A DNA stretch of 64,000 nt, taken from contig CAZAXK010000001.1 of NCBI GenBank assembly GCA_964489135.1, forward strand, positions 20,615 through 84,614, given 5' to 3'. This DNA comes from an uncultured Candidatus Saccharibacteria bacterium. Its GTDB lineage: Bacteria; Patescibacteriota; Minisyncoccia; Phycocordibacterales; WO2-35-19. Made by a program: the position numbers and the translations under genes. The notes below the pieces were generated by a model. It saw only the letters and a program-made list of their open reading frames with translations. It was not told where the DNA came from and made no database searches. How positions within the stretch are numbered: position 1 is the first letter of the stretch; every line of letters begins with the position of its first letter. This document shows, piece after piece, positions 45,281-55,596 of this stretch.

Positions 45281-45796
45281 TTACTTGGTTACTGACACCT
45301 CGACGTAAACATCCTTGGTTGATGCGTTCTCTGTAATAACAACCTTGAGCAATCCTTCGAAGCCCTCTTTCTTCGCCATATACATTTTTATTTTCGGCGT
45401 ATTAAGAGAACTAAGCTCGTCTTGCTTTAGGTTGAAGGTTACCTTCCATTTTTTATCAGCAAAATACTTTTCGAAAATTTTGGCATTTTCCTCAACAGTT
45501 TTTTTCGAAAGATACTTATGTATACTCTGCGTCTCCGATTGTGGTTGCCAAGCAGAATTATAGAAATTATTTTGGTTTTCACTATTTTCGAGCACAATAC
45601 CTTTTTCTAGAGGTAAGTCATCGGGTAAGCCAATTGGGAGTTCGGTTTGCTCAACGACTTTGGTTGTACTCTTGACTGTCGGGTCTAGGGGTACCCCCTC
45701 TATCCCCTTCTGCCACGAGCCGGTCCGGTAGAGCACAAGCAAAACAACAATGACGATGATCGAGAGTAACAACAAAACTTTTTGCCCTGTAGTCAT
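45281..45796 (-). CDS. hypothetical membrane-anchored protein
   Basis: N-terminal TM (VLLLLSIIVIVVLLVL), then a soluble domain. Five bp downstream of the 830-aa surface protein gene, so probably co-transcribed. Confidence 0.5.
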   Translation of the reverse strand: MTTGQKVLLLLSIIVIVVLLVLYRTGSWQKGIEGVPLDPTVKSTTKVVEQTELPIGLPDDLPLEKGIVLENSENQNNFYNSAWQPQSETQSIHKYLSKKTVEENAKIFEKYFADKKWKVTFNLKQDELSSLNTPKIKMYMAKKEGFEGLLKVVITENASTKDVYVEVSVTK

Positions 45797-45894
45797 TTGT
45801 ATAAATTATACCTGCAAAATGCCACCCCGTCGGAGACGCCTGTGGAAAAGAAAGTGGTCCGTCTTGTCCCCCACTTATCCCCAAAATACCTTGC

Positions 45895-45973
45895 TTGACA
45901 AAAGCAAAAAAAGCTATATAATTAAGCCAGTTTCATCGTTATTTGAAATAATTCGTCTCTTTTAAGAAGGAGG
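45895..45973 (+). promoter_or_regulatory. consensus sigma-70 promoter (TTGACA-N16-TATAAT) plus strong Shine-Dalgarno (AAGGAGG) upstream of the subtilase gene
   Basis: TTGACA 45895-45900, TATAAT 45917-45922, AAGGAGG 45967-45973, 7 nt before ATG 45981. Confidence 0.55.
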
Positions 45974-45980
45974 AGCTGTT

Positions 45981-47975
45981 ATGCTCTGGTTAGTTGTAGT
46001 GTTTTTTGCAACCTTCCCGGGGCTCGCCTTTGGCCAGCTCCAAACAAGTAACAAGATCCAGCTGACTGACTTGCAGTGCCTTGCGACACTCACGGAAACA
46101 CAATACCGTGGGACGCAAGGATTGTGGGCCAATGTGCCCCGTGAGCAGGTCAGCACGAAGCCCGAGCTTTTCGGGGCAATCCTGCCCGGCTCGGCGAAGT
46201 TTGAGTGGATCGAGCCCAACCTCCCTTACAAGGGAACGGTGGCTCGCGCCAAAATCGAAGATATCGGTGCCGACAGATGGGTCGTCTACGTCCCCCAAAA
46301 GGGACTTGGATGCGACTTACTACAGAAAAGTGGTGGAAAAAAGGTGGTTGAGTCAGCGCGCGTAAGCGCGGTCGTGTACTCGACGCAAACCCAAACACCA
46401 GCCGTGTCTGCGGCAACGCAGCAGAGGTTGGTGCAGGTGGGACTCGCTCCCATCCTACCACTTACGGCAACATCCTCATCGACGACCCTTCGGGGTATCG
46501 TCGTTGTGGATTCCGGTGTCCAGGTAGGTAATCCGCAGCTTCATCAGCGTGTGGATCCCACCAACTCCGCTTCGTTCGTCGGAGGCACCGCCTTCGACGA
46601 CAGGGCCGGACACGGGACGGAGGTCGCTGAGATCATCGCCGGTCGCACGGCAGGGTTCGTGTCATCTACACCGATAATTTCTTATCGAGTGCTCGACACA
46701 GTTCCGCGTGCCGACGGCGAAGGTAAAATTCTGGTGGGGTCGGAAGCACTTGTGCTCCGGGCCCTGCTCCGTTTGCACTTGCTCCCGTATGAGCGACTGG
46801 TCGTGAATATGTCGTTGCAATTCTGGGGCGACCCAGAAATGTGGCGACTTGCGATCGGATCGCTCAAAGATCGAGCCACCTTCGTGGTCTCGGCTGGGAA
46901 CGCCTCTAGTGGGGTTGAGCCAAATTCAAATTGGCTCCCCTGCTCGCTCTCGAACCTCGAGAATTTGATCTGCGTTGGAGGCACCGATGGTGCTGACCGC
47001 AAGATCGAGTTCTCAAACTTCGGGCCGGCCGTCGAGATCGGCGCTCCGGCTGTCGTCGAGACATCTCTCGGCACGGTGGCCGGCACATCTTTCTCCGCCC
47101 CGCAAGTCGCGGGAACAGTCGGGCTCATCCTTGAGCAGACTAGCGAGAATTTCTCGCCGGCAATGCTCAAGAGCTTCGCGCTTGGCGGACGCTTCTCGGG
47201 ATACCTGCAAGGTGTCTTCGAGGAGCCAGTGGTGCTGAACGCCACTTCCGCCCTCGCAATCGCTCGCCGGTGCGCATCCGGCAAATGTTCCTCCTCTTCC
47301 CTCTCCCCTTTCTCAATAACTGGGGTTGAGGGCACTTGGTCCGGATCTTCCAAGTTCACGTACAGTGACTTGGTGACGATCCGCGGCACGTCACTCGTGG
47401 ACCGCGTCTACGAGCAAGGAGAAGTTGGGACCATGCCCCTTCGGGTCATGGTCAACGGTTACCATGAGGAAGTAACCGTGCTGAGGGCCACGCCCGAAGC
47501 GATCGAGATCGTCCTCCCGTCGATGTTCCGAGGTTCGGTCTGGGCGCAAGCTCAGGGTCCGGCCCTCGGAGGCGAGAGCATCCTTGCTCTCGTCCGACTC
47601 GTCGACGGGGTCCCCGTGCCAAGCACGGCGACAATCGCCACCCGCTTCCGCCCGGAGCTTGGATCCCCCGCCGTGGGGCTCATCGCTCGCGCGGACGGCA
47701 CCACGGCCGGACCGGACAATCCGATCCGCGCCAACGAAACCATCCAAATCTTCCTATCGGGCCTCGAGGCGTTCACCGCCTCCCAGGTACCGGTGGAAGT
47801 AGAGTTCGGAGGAGTCTCTCAAAAGCTCCTCCCGGCGGCCACCCCCATACAAGGGGTGTACGTGGTATTCGTTGAGACCCCTAAGGTCTCCGGAGCCTAC
47901 GGGCTCACGGGACGGGTCTCCGCCAGTAGTTCTTCTTTCGACTTCGGCGTCAACTATGACGCCGGGGTTGAATAA
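45981..47975 (+). CDS. secreted subtilisin-like serine protease (peptidase S8) with C-terminal extension; GC-rich, likely horizontally acquired
   Basis: Signal peptide MLWLVVVFFATFPGLAFG. Catalytic triad contexts VVDSGV (Asp), HGTEVAEIIAG (His), GTSFSAPQVAG (Ser). Sampled 60-nt windows give about 55-68% GC, against about 42-45% in flanking genes. Confidence 0.85.
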   Translation: MLWLVVVFFATFPGLAFGQLQTSNKIQLTDLQCLATLTETQYRGTQGLWANVPREQVSTKPELFGAILPGSAKFEWIEPNLPYKGTVARAKIEDIGADRWVVYVPQKGLGCDLLQKSGGKKVVESARVSAVVYSTQTQTPAVSAATQQRLVQVGLAPILPLTATSSSTTLRGIVVVDSGVQVGNPQLHQRVDPTNSASFVGGTAFDDRAGHGTEVAEIIAGRTAGFVSSTPIISYRVLDTVPRADGEGKILVGSEALVLRALLRLHLLPYERLVVNMSLQFWGDPEMWRLAIGSLKDRATFVVSAGNASSGVEPNSNWLPCSLSNLENLICVGGTDGADRKIEFSNFGPAVEIGAPAVVETSLGTVAGTSFSAPQVAGTVGLILEQTSENFSPAMLKSFALGGRFSGYLQGVFEEPVVLNATSALAIARRCASGKCSSSSLSPFSITGVEGTWSGSSKFTYSDLVTIRGTSLVDRVYEQGEVGTMPLRVMVNGYHEEVTVLRATPEAIEIVLPSMFRGSVWAQAQGPALGGESILALVRLVDGVPVPSTATIATRFRPELGSPAVGLIARADGTTAGPDNPIRANETIQIFLSGLEAFTASQVPVEVEFGGVSQKLLPAATPIQGVYVVFVETPKVSGAYGLTGRVSASSSSFDFGVNYDAGVE

Positions 47976-47981
47976 CCAAAA

Positions 47982-48018
47982 GGTCCAGACCGCTTCGGCG
48001 TCTGGACCTTTCACCTTT
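47982..48018 (+). terminator. rho-independent terminator of the subtilase gene
   Basis: GGTCCAGAC-CGCTTCGGC-GTCTGGACC is a perfect 9-bp stem with a UUCG-containing loop, followed by TTTCACCTTT. Confidence 0.7.
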
Positions 48019-48081
48019 CCCCTTCGTAATAGAAGAGGGTCACCCTCTTCCATTGGAAAAATGTGGTGTAATTTTTATGCT

Positions 48082-48774
48082 CTAAAGCTCGGCCTCAATA
48101 ACCTTTTCGAATTCAGCAAAGGGTAGGGCTCCCACCACGCGTTTACCATTTATAAATATTGTCGGGGTGCCGTTCACCTGTGCCTTCTCACCATCAGCGA
48201 TATCACTCTTCACAATGTTTGCTGTCTCTCCCGAATCAAGACATTGATTGAATTTTTGCGCATCGAGTCCGAGATTAACAGCGTATTTTTTCAGGTCAGT
48301 GGTACTGAGCCCCGAGCCGTCAGATCGCGTGCTGGCAAAAAGCGTATCATGATATTCGGAGAATTTGCCCTGCTTATAAGCACACTCCGAGGCCTCAGCG
48401 GCCTTCTCGGCAAACTGATGAATCGGCAATGGGAAATGTCGAAAAACTAATTTGGCTTTGCCGGTATCTACATACTTCTCCTTGATTTGTTTGTAAGCTC
48501 CAGCCCAAAAGCTCTGACAGAATGGGCATTGAAAATCCGAGAAGACTACTATCTCGACTTTGCCGGAGCCCAATGTAGGCGCGTCTTTTCTTTTGGCTAC
48601 ATCTACTTGCTCTGGAGGAGTATCGTTACTTTGCTGTCCCGCATTTTGTGTTCCTCGATTGGAAGATCCGCTTCCATTCAAACTCAAAAAAATACTCGCC
48701 GCTATTATGACCGAACCAACTAAAATACTTGCCGGTACTGACCATTCATTTTCGTTTTTGTTGAAGATACCCAT
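48082..48774 (-). CDS. DsbA-family thiol:disulfide oxidoreductase, membrane-anchored
   Basis: N-terminal TM, thioredoxin-fold CPFC active site (VVFSDFQCPFCQ), and the cis-Pro region of DsbA/BdbD-like proteins. Confidence 0.8.
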   Translation of the reverse strand: MGIFNKNENEWSVPASILVGSVIIAASIFLSLNGSGSSNRGTQNAGQQSNDTPPEQVDVAKRKDAPTLGSGKVEIVVFSDFQCPFCQSFWAGAYKQIKEKYVDTGKAKLVFRHFPLPIHQFAEKAAEASECAYKQGKFSEYHDTLFASTRSDGSGLSTTDLKKYAVNLGLDAQKFNQCLDSGETANIVKSDIADGEKAQVNGTPTIFINGKRVVGALPFAEFEKVIEAEL

Positions 48775-48794
48775 TGTTCTAAATCGTTTAACTT

Positions 48795-50222
48795 TTAATT
48801 ACCGCTCGCATACTCTACTGTATCACCAGCTTCTAGACCGGCTACAATTTCGCTCAGGCCGTCGCTACCCATTATTCCGGTCTTGACCTCGACTTTGGTA
48901 GTCGCCGTCCCGTCGAATTTATTGACGAAGGTTTTGTCGCCTTCCTTTATAAGTGCATAGCTCGGCAGAGTAACCACGCCATCTTTGCGCGCCGTTTCAA
49001 TATTGAGGTTACCAGTCATTCCGCTTTTTAATCGAGAGTCTGGTTTGACCGAAACGCGGGTCTTGTAATTGACCACCCCGTCAACCAAAGTTTCGCCTGG
49101 TTCTATATATACTACTTCGCCCTCGAATACATCCGACGGGAAGGAGTCGAACTCGATCCTGACTTTATTGCCTACCTGTACCTTGCCAATATTAACTTCC
49201 GAAATATTGGCCTCAATGCTAATCTGCCCTTCTGAAATGATAGATACGAGTCTGCTACCCGCGGGCGCGATAGAACCAACCTTGGCATCCTGGAGAGTGA
49301 TGGTACCAGCAAACGGAGCGATTATTTTTGATTTGTTAATCGAGGCCTCGATACCAGCGATTGAAGCATTGATCTGATCGATCCTTGCTTGACCAACACT
49401 GCCGACACTGCCGATCTGACTCACTGATTCTTTGGTGTTTATGATCGAAGTACGCGAGGTACTAACCGCTGAACGGGCGCTATCGATAGCCGTTTTATAA
49501 CCAGCGACAGTAGATTCGTAGGCAAAGTCAGCAGAGGTAAATGAGTTTACTGCATAAGCCATAGTGTCCAAAAAGTCCGAGATCTTGTTCATGCGGGCTA
49601 CCGCTCGATCTGCATAGACTTCGGCGTTTTGATCAGTCAAAGTGAGTAGTTCATTTTGCCAGAGCACGAGCTCGGCTTCGACATCACGTCTCTTACCATT
49701 GATCTCAATCGAGAGATCACTCGGAACATTGAAATAATGGACATAGTTCCCATCAGTAAACTTTACTTCAAATACAGGGTTGGTGCGCGGTTGCTTAAAG
49801 AATTGGTCGGCTTTGTTGCGCACAGCATTGTCGGCCGAGGCAAAACCCTCTCGTATACTTGAGGCCAAAGACTCGCGACTACCACCAAGAGTCGCTCGCT
49901 CTTCTGCAAGAGAGGCCTTTTCTTTTGCAAGACTAGCAAGCTCGCTTGAAATATCTAGCTCAGCAATAACTTCTCCTTGTCTCACGGTATCCCCAACCTG
50001 CTTGTAGCTTCTGACTACCCGACCAGTACGATCGAAACCAAGGTCAACGTTGTTGTCGGCTTTCACCTTGCCGGTTACGACAATTTCTTGCACCACACTT
50101 CCTGTGGTGGCTGTCAAATATTCCTTGCCATTTTGACCATTGCGCATTTTAATACCGATGACCACCGCAACCAAAATCACAACCCCTAAAATTATTTTTT
50201 TCTTGGTAAAAAATCTTTTCAT
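48795..50222 (-). CDS. HlyD/MacA-family periplasmic adaptor (membrane fusion protein)
   Basis: N-terminal TM anchor, lipoyl/beta-barrel segments (GKVKADNNVDLGFDRTGRVV..VGDTVRQGEVIAELD), long coiled coils, C-terminal barrel. Twelve bp upstream of the ABC ATPase gene. Confidence 0.8.
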   Translation of the reverse strand: MKRFFTKKKIILGVVILVAVVIGIKMRNGQNGKEYLTATTGSVVQEIVVTGKVKADNNVDLGFDRTGRVVRSYKQVGDTVRQGEVIAELDISSELASLAKEKASLAEERATLGGSRESLASSIREGFASADNAVRNKADQFFKQPRTNPVFEVKFTDGNYVHYFNVPSDLSIEINGKRRDVEAELVLWQNELLTLTDQNAEVYADRAVARMNKISDFLDTMAYAVNSFTSADFAYESTVAGYKTAIDSARSAVSTSRTSIINTKESVSQIGSVGSVGQARIDQINASIAGIEASINKSKIIAPFAGTITLQDAKVGSIAPAGSRLVSIISEGQISIEANISEVNIGKVQVGNKVRIEFDSFPSDVFEGEVVYIEPGETLVDGVVNYKTRVSVKPDSRLKSGMTGNLNIETARKDGVVTLPSYALIKEGDKTFVNKFDGTATTKVEVKTGIMGSDGLSEIVAGLEAGDTVEYASGN

Positions 50223-50234
50223 TTTTTTATTCTA

Positions 50235-50924
50235 TCACAACTTTACCTCGCTAGGGCTTCCGTCAGCCACAATATGGCCATCGGCCAATTTTACCACCCG
50301 ATGAGTCAACATGGCATACTCGGGCTCGTGGGTCACCATAACGATAGTTTGACCCTCTTTGTTCAGGTCGATAAATGTCTGCAAAACCGTGTTGGCTGTT
50401 TCAGTGTCCAGGTTCGCGGTCGGCTCATCGGCAAAGATGATTTTGGGATCATGGCTTATAGCTCGTGCGATCGAGACTCGTTGTTGCTCACCGCCTGAAA
50501 GTTGGTTCGGCAAGTTGTTCAACCTCTCTCCAAGACCAATCTTCGCAAGCGCCTTCTTGCCCTTGGCATAAGCATCCACCTGTTGTAGACCTTGCATTAA
50601 GAGAGGCACCGCCACATTTTCGAGCGCAGTGAGCTCGGGCACCAAAGCATAATCTTGGAAAACATAGCCAAGCTCGCGCAGTCGAAAATCTGTGCGTTCT
50701 TCCTCACTCAACAAAGAAACGTTGGTCCCATCCAGAATTATGTCGCCAGAATTTGGTCGATCCAAAATTCCTATCTGATGAAGCAGGGTCGACTTGCCCG
50801 AACCAGACCGCCCAATTATCGCAATAAACTGTCCCTGCTTAACTTCCAGATTCAGATTTTTGAGCACCACCAATTCAGTGCTTCCAGTCTTGTATGCTTT
50901 TGTGAGGTTGGATACTAAAATCAT
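50235..50924 (-). CDS. ABC transporter ATP-binding protein (MacB/LolD-type)
   Basis: Walker [10 protein letters not shown], signature [15 protein letters not shown], Walker B IIFADEPT. Confidence 0.9.
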   Translation of the reverse strand: MILVSNLTKAYKTGSTELVVLKNLNLEVKQGQFIAIIGRSGSGKSTLLHQIGILDRPNSGDIILDGTNVSLLSEEERTDFRLRELGYVFQDYALVPELTALENVAVPLLMQGLQQVDAYAKGKKALAKIGLGERLNNLPNQLSGGEQQRVSIARAISHDPKIIFADEPTANLDTETANTVLQTFIDLNKEGQTIVMVTHEPEYAMLTHRVVKLADGHIVADGSPSEVKL

Positions 50925-50928
50925 ATTT

Positions 50929-52209
50929 TTATCTGCCTAATATAGAGTCCAAAGTATTGCGTTTGACAACCAATCGCGCGGGGATAAATCCGGCAATAAC
51001 AGTGGCTATTATAAGAAATAGCGCTCGCAAAAGAGTATTCGGTACTTCAGCCACCAAGATACCGTCAGAAAATGGGAAGTTGATCGGGTTGGCTGTGATA
51101 TATGGTACCAAAAGCCCGTACAAAATGAGTAGCCCAAGCAAAATACCGAGCCCAGCGTAAAATATCGATTGGAAAATATAGGAGATCTCGATTGCCCGCG
51201 AGCTGATGCCGATGCCCTTGAGAATACCGATGAACTTTCTTCGGGTGATTGCATTGATGAAAATCACGATAAAGATAGTGATCGAGGCCACAACGAGCCC
51301 GATCGAACCGACGACGTTACCAAGGATCGCAAAGGTGTCGATCATGTCTTTGATAAATTTTGGTAAGGATTCCTCAAAGGTCTGCACTCGAGCAGTCTGC
51401 CCCACCCCGCTGTTCAGCAATGCTTGCTTTACCACTGCTGGATCGCTTCCAGGCTTTAGAATTATCGCAATTTCATCGACATTGTAATCGCCTCGCCCGA
51501 TAAGAGGGCGCAGACTTTGGTCAAGCATGAGTATGCGCTGGTCGATATCGGTTTTGCTTTTGATAACCCCTTTGAGTATGACTTCTTTCGTATTGCCATT
51601 TACCGTGATTCGCACCCTATCCCCAATCTTTACATTTTCGAGCAAGTTGAGTCCTGGCGAATCGATATCTAAATATTTTTTAAGCATATTAGCCCCCACA
51701 ATGATGGAATCAGTGTCTTGATTGGTAAGATAGCTACCTTCAACAATTTTTGAAGAAATGCCAGTCGCTCGATCTTCCATTTCCGGATCGATACCGGCCA
51801 CGATCCCACCCGCCACATTTGGATCATCGGTAAGTCGAACTCGGGTTTTGTAATTGGCCTCGACTGACCCAGATTCTACATAGCGAGCGGTGTAAGTTTC
51901 TACCCACGGCAGGCCCTTTATAACACTGATGATCGATTGACTGTTCTCGATATAACTTTTCTTCGGTAAATTGGAGATAAATATGTCTCCCGAATAATAT
52001 TTTGAATATACCTCGACCGAGCCCTGTATAAGGCCGACGAGTATCCCTCTCACCACCACCAAATTCAGGAAAGTCAGGGTCATTACGAAAATAATCAGAG
52101 CGGTGGTCGCCTTGTTCGATCTTCGAACCTGCCGAAGCGCCAAGAAAAATCCCAAGTAGAGGGATGTAAAAAAACTTGCGTTCTTCTTTTGAGTCTGCGT
52201 TTCAGCCAC
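50929..52209 (-). CDS. ABC transporter permease, FtsX/MacB-like
   Basis: One N-terminal TM, large extracytoplasmic domain, then three C-terminal TMs (FtsX-like topology). Four bp from the ATPase gene. Confidence 0.8.
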   Translation of the reverse strand: MAETQTQKKNASFFTSLYLGFFLALRQVRRSNKATTALIIFVMTLTFLNLVVVRGILVGLIQGSVEVYSKYYSGDIFISNLPKKSYIENSQSIISVIKGLPWVETYTARYVESGSVEANYKTRVRLTDDPNVAGGIVAGIDPEMEDRATGISSKIVEGSYLTNQDTDSIIVGANMLKKYLDIDSPGLNLLENVKIGDRVRITVNGNTKEVILKGVIKSKTDIDQRILMLDQSLRPLIGRGDYNVDEIAIILKPGSDPAVVKQALLNSGVGQTARVQTFEESLPKFIKDMIDTFAILGNVVGSIGLVVASITIFIVIFINAITRRKFIGILKGIGISSRAIEISYIFQSIFYAGLGILLGLLILYGLLVPYITANPINFPFSDGILVAEVPNTLLRALFLIIATVIAGFIPARLVVKRNTLDSILGR

Positions 52210-52227
52210 AAAACTATTGTAGCATAT

Positions 52228-52680
52228 TTACTTCAACCCTTTACAGTTGGAGGCGGGGGTGTAGCCGGCTTCCCGAGCCTCTTTAATAGTATTGAAAGTT
52301 ATTTTGTTCTTGTCAGAAATCTGCTTGGCTCCGGCGCACCACGGGTAGTGGTACTTGGTGCCATTTTTGGATGCGACTACTTGCCCTGAGTCTGTCGAAG
52401 GGGCCGTTTCAACTGAATCGCTCGACGCCCCCATGACCTCTCCGGAACTGCTTTTTTCGGTCCCCTTCTCTTGCATTATCACCCTCACTGGCTCCCTCGC
52501 CCCCTCTATTTTAGACAGTCGCCCCAAAACAAAGCTGAGCAAACCGATCAAGACCACGCAAAGAGCCACAAAATACCGGCTGGCCAAAAAGCTTTCCAGG
52601 GTCCTCCAAAAGGTCGGTTTCTCCGCCCCCTCAAGCCCTTGGAGATCAAAATATTCGCCCCCACTTGCGTTTTCTGCCAT
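52228..52680 (-). CDS. membrane-anchored protein with C-terminal Ada-like zinc-binding domain
   Basis: TM helix ([14 protein letters not shown]). C-terminus [13 protein letters not shown]...NKITF...[11 protein letters not shown] matches the Ada N-terminal Zn-binding pattern (F.RPSC...EN..F....EA.AAGFRPC). Confidence 0.5.
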   Translation of the reverse strand: MAENASGGEYFDLQGLEGAEKPTFWRTLESFLASRYFVALCVVLIGLLSFVLGRLSKIEGAREPVRVIMQEKGTEKSSSGEVMGASSDSVETAPSTDSGQVVASKNGTKYHYPWCAGAKQISDKNKITFNTIKEAREAGYTPASNCKGLK

Positions 52681-52703
52681 CTTGGTTTAATATTAGCACC
52701 ACT

Positions 52704-52976
52704 ATGGCTCATAAAAAAGCTGCGGGTACAACCAAAAACGGGCGCGATTCCAACGCGAAATATCTCGGCATAAAGATAGCTGACGGGGGTTTTGCCACAG
52801 TCGGCTCTATTATTGTCCGACAGCGTGGTACTCGTATACTCCCTGGTACGAACGTACAGGTCGGTAGAGATCACACCATTTTCGCTACCAAGGACGGCAA
52901 GGTCAAAATAAGCGACCGCAGGAAGGTTCACTTCGACGGCACAACTGTTACTAAGAAGGTTGCAAGTGTAGTATAA
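52704..52976 (+). CDS. rpmA: 50S ribosomal protein L27
   Basis: [24 protein letters not shown]...[26 protein letters not shown] is canonical L27. Start at ATG 52704. Confidence 0.9.
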   Translation: MAHKKAAGTTKNGRDSNAKYLGIKIADGGFATVGSIIVRQRGTRILPGTNVQVGRDHTIFATKDGKVKISDRRKVHFDGTTVTKKVASVV

Positions 52977-53394
52977 ACTCACCTTTCACTTTCCCTATCT
53001 GAACCAGTATTTTGTGATCACCAATCTCCTTGATTGGTTTTTCTATTTTCAAAAATTCCGGATCTAGCTCAATCTTTAGTTCATCTTTCAACAATTGCGA
53101 GATTTCTTCGGGATGGACCTGTTCAAAAAGATGTCCCTTTTCGTTGGCCTTCTTCTTCATGGAAAGATCGGCTCCACCCAATACTTCAATTGAGCTTTTG
53201 GCGAGCGATTCTTGAATTTGCTTCTCGGCTTCCAGAGAGGATTGTTTCAGTTTGGCTCTTTCTACTGCCTGTGGAGTTGCAAATTCGGCTTTTTTATTCG
53301 GGATAAGAAAATTTCGGGCATAGCCATCCTTCACCTCTTTCACCTCCCCTTTTCTTCCGACGCCGGCCACATCTTGCACAAAAATTACTTTCAT
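52951..53394 (-). CDS. rplI: 50S ribosomal protein L9
   Basis: [40 protein letters not shown] is canonical L9. The 3' end overlaps the rpmA 3' end by 26 nt (convergent). Confidence 0.85.
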   Translation of the reverse strand: MKVIFVQDVAGVGRKGEVKEVKDGYARNFLIPNKKAEFATPQAVERAKLKQSSLEAEKQIQESLAKSSIEVLGGADLSMKKKANEKGHLFEQVHPEEISQLLKDELKIELDPEFLKIEKPIKEIGDHKILVQIGKVKGEFILHLQPS

Positions 53395-53404
53395 TTGTTT
53401 TGTA

Positions 53405-54622
53405 TTATTTGCTTAGTAAGTATTCTATGGCCTTTTGAAGCTGGGGATCGGCGCCATTTTTGGTATTTTCGGGAGTGATCTCAACCTTGATATCGGGGGC
53501 AAGCCCGCCATTAGAAATCGAATTACCATTGGGAGTTAGCCAGTGAGCAACGGTAACTTTGAGCGAGGTCTTGTCGGTAATGGGTAGAAGCTCCTGCACC
53601 GAACCTTTACCAAAGGTCTGGTGGCCGATAAGTACCGCTTTGCCATGCTCACGCAAGGCACCGGCAAGAATTTCTGAGGCCGAGGCTGATCCTTCATTCA
53701 CGAGGATCGCCATCTTCAGCCGATCAGTAAACACGTCATAGCCCTTGCTTCGATAAACTTTCGGCTCACTCTTGCCACCAAAGTCTTCCGTCACCACCAC
53801 TTTGCCGGATGGCAAGAACCAGCTTGCCATATCCATCGCCGCCTCAAGGTAACCCCCCGGATTATTACGTAGATCTATGATGAGCTTATCGCTTCCCGAT
53901 TCGACAAATTCGCGCAAAGCCGAACGGAAAAGATTTGGCGAAACAGCCGAAAAATTATAAAGACTGATCACAAACACGCCTTCTTTGGTTTGCTTCGTGT
54001 CCACCGTTGGTATTTCTATTTTGGTTCGGACCATGGTCTTAACCAATGGCTCCGAAACTCCCTCTCTCATGAAAGTAACCACGACTGGCTCCCCTATTTC
54101 GCCTCGGATCATGGTGATCGCTTCATCAGACGTTAGCCCCAAAACAGATTTGCCATCTACCGCTATCACCCTATCTCCAGCCTTGACTCCCGCCTTGTCT
54201 GCTGGCGTTCCTTTCAAAGGAGCGATGATCGTGAGATACCCATCTTGCATGCCGATTTCCATTCCCACTCCACCAAAGCTACCGCTTATCTCCTGTTCAA
54301 ACGCCTCGGATTCAACTGGTGGGAAAAAGACTGTGTAAGGATCGCCATATGAAGCAGCGAGACCCTGGATCGCCCCCCACATCTTATCCTGCTCGGTCAA
54401 CTCGAAGGTTGTGGTCGAAGCGGGGGCAAACTTTTCTTCCAAAGTACTCCAAACATTCCAAAATGGACCCATGTCGACAGGAACAGTGCTAGTCGAATTT
54501 ACGATAAAGGCCGGCACGGAGCTCCGACGACTATCCGCCCCAAAGAGGAAGCCAGCCCCAAACATGGCACCAGCCAATACCGCGCTCACTATTATTTGAG
54601 TGTATCTCTCATTTATTTGCAT
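53405..54622 (-). CDS. carboxyl-terminal processing protease (S41 family) with PDZ domain
   Basis: PDZ region ([40 protein letters not shown]) and S41 catalytic region ([12 protein letters not shown]; [11 protein letters not shown]). Confidence 0.85.
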   Translation of the reverse strand: MQINERYTQIIVSAVLAGAMFGAGFLFGADSRRSSVPAFIVNSTSTVPVDMGPFWNVWSTLEEKFAPASTTTFELTEQDKMWGAIQGLAASYGDPYTVFFPPVESEAFEQEISGSFGGVGMEIGMQDGYLTIIAPLKGTPADKAGVKAGDRVIAVDGKSVLGLTSDEAITMIRGEIGEPVVVTFMREGVSEPLVKTMVRTKIEIPTVDTKQTKEGVFVISLYNFSAVSPNLFRSALREFVESGSDKLIIDLRNNPGGYLEAAMDMASWFLPSGKVVVTEDFGGKSEPKVYRSKGYDVFTDRLKMAILVNEGSASASEILAGALREHGKAVLIGHQTFGKGSVQELLPITDKTSLKVTVAHWLTPNGNSISNGGLAPDIKVEITPENTKNGADPQLQKAIEYLLSK

Positions 54623-54696
54623 ATAAATTTCAAAAAATTATACAATCTCTGATATAATACTTCTGTAAACGTAGGTACTAATTTTATCACAAAAAA

Positions 54697-55596
54697 ATGA
54701 TCGTTGCTCGAACATTCATGAACCGAAGCTGGATCGATGTCAGCTCTCCGACACAAGAAGATGTCGACGCTCTTTTGCTTTCCTATAATATCGACCCCAG
54801 TATCGCCCGAGACCTACTATCTCCAACCCCCAAACAGCAGGTTCGCGAATATGACGACTCCTTTTATACCGTCATTCACTTGCCTTACTTCGACAAGAAT
54901 GGCAACCCCGAAATTCAAGAGATCGACTGCGTGATAACCGAAAATTCCCTTTTGACCGTTCGATACGATTCTATCGATGCTCTGCATTACTTTGGCAAGC
55001 AAATGGAAGCCGACCAAATACTGGGTAAAAGTTCGGCAACGCATCCGCTCTTCGGTTTGATGAAAGAAGTCTACAAAAGCATGTCGAACGAGCTCTCTTC
55101 AGTTGACGGTTGGCTTAGTGATATCGAAGAACATATATTCAACGGACAAGAAAAAGAGATGGTCCTCGGTATCTCCTCAGTGTCGCGACACCTTCTCAAC
55201 TTTCGCCGAATTGTTTCGCCACACCAGAGTGTGTGGCAAAATCTGCACACCCTCGGCCAAGAAAAGTTTGGCAATGAATTCGCCAAAGAAACAAATATTA
55301 TTATCGAGGAAGTTCGTCGTTTGCTGTCGTCCGTAGAAAGCTTGGGCCAAATGATAGACGAGCTACGCGAGACCAACAACTCCCTGCTTTCAACCAAGCA
55401 AAATGAAATCATGAAAGTCTTCACCATTCTCGCTTTTATCACCTTTCCGCTTTCGCTCATTGCCGGCATTTTCGGTATGAACACCTCCTTTATTCCACTA
55501 GTTGGACTGCCACAAGATTTCTGGCTAGTTATAGCCCTTATGCTTGTTGCCGTGCTCGCAATGTTTGGCTTTTTCAGGTATAAGAAGTGGATATGA
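54697..55596 (+). CDS. corA: CorA-family magnesium/cobalt transporter
   Basis: Two C-terminal TM helices with the GMN motif (GIFGMNTSF). Confidence 0.85.
   Translation: MIVARTFMNRSWIDVSSPTQEDVDALLLSYNIDPSIARDLLSPTPKQQVREYDDSFYTVIHLPYFDKNGNPEIQEIDCVITENSLLTVRYDSIDALHYFGKQMEADQILGKSSATHPLFGLMKEVYKSMSNELSSVDGWLSDIEEHIFNGQEKEMVLGISSVSRHLLNFRRIVSPHQSVWQNLHTLGQEKFGNEFAKETNIIIEEVRRLLSSVESLGQMIDELRETNNSLLSTKQNEIMKVFTILAFITFPLSLIAGIFGMNTSFIPLVGLPQDFWLVIALMLVAVLAMFGFFRYKKWI

Noticed and set aside
46682-47389. 235-aa minus-strand ORF (and several 60-120-aa ORFs) inside the subtilase gene
   Set aside because: They lie in the GC-rich subtilase gene, where stop codons are rare in all frames. The Arg/Ala/Ser-rich translations are typical of spurious high-GC ORFs.
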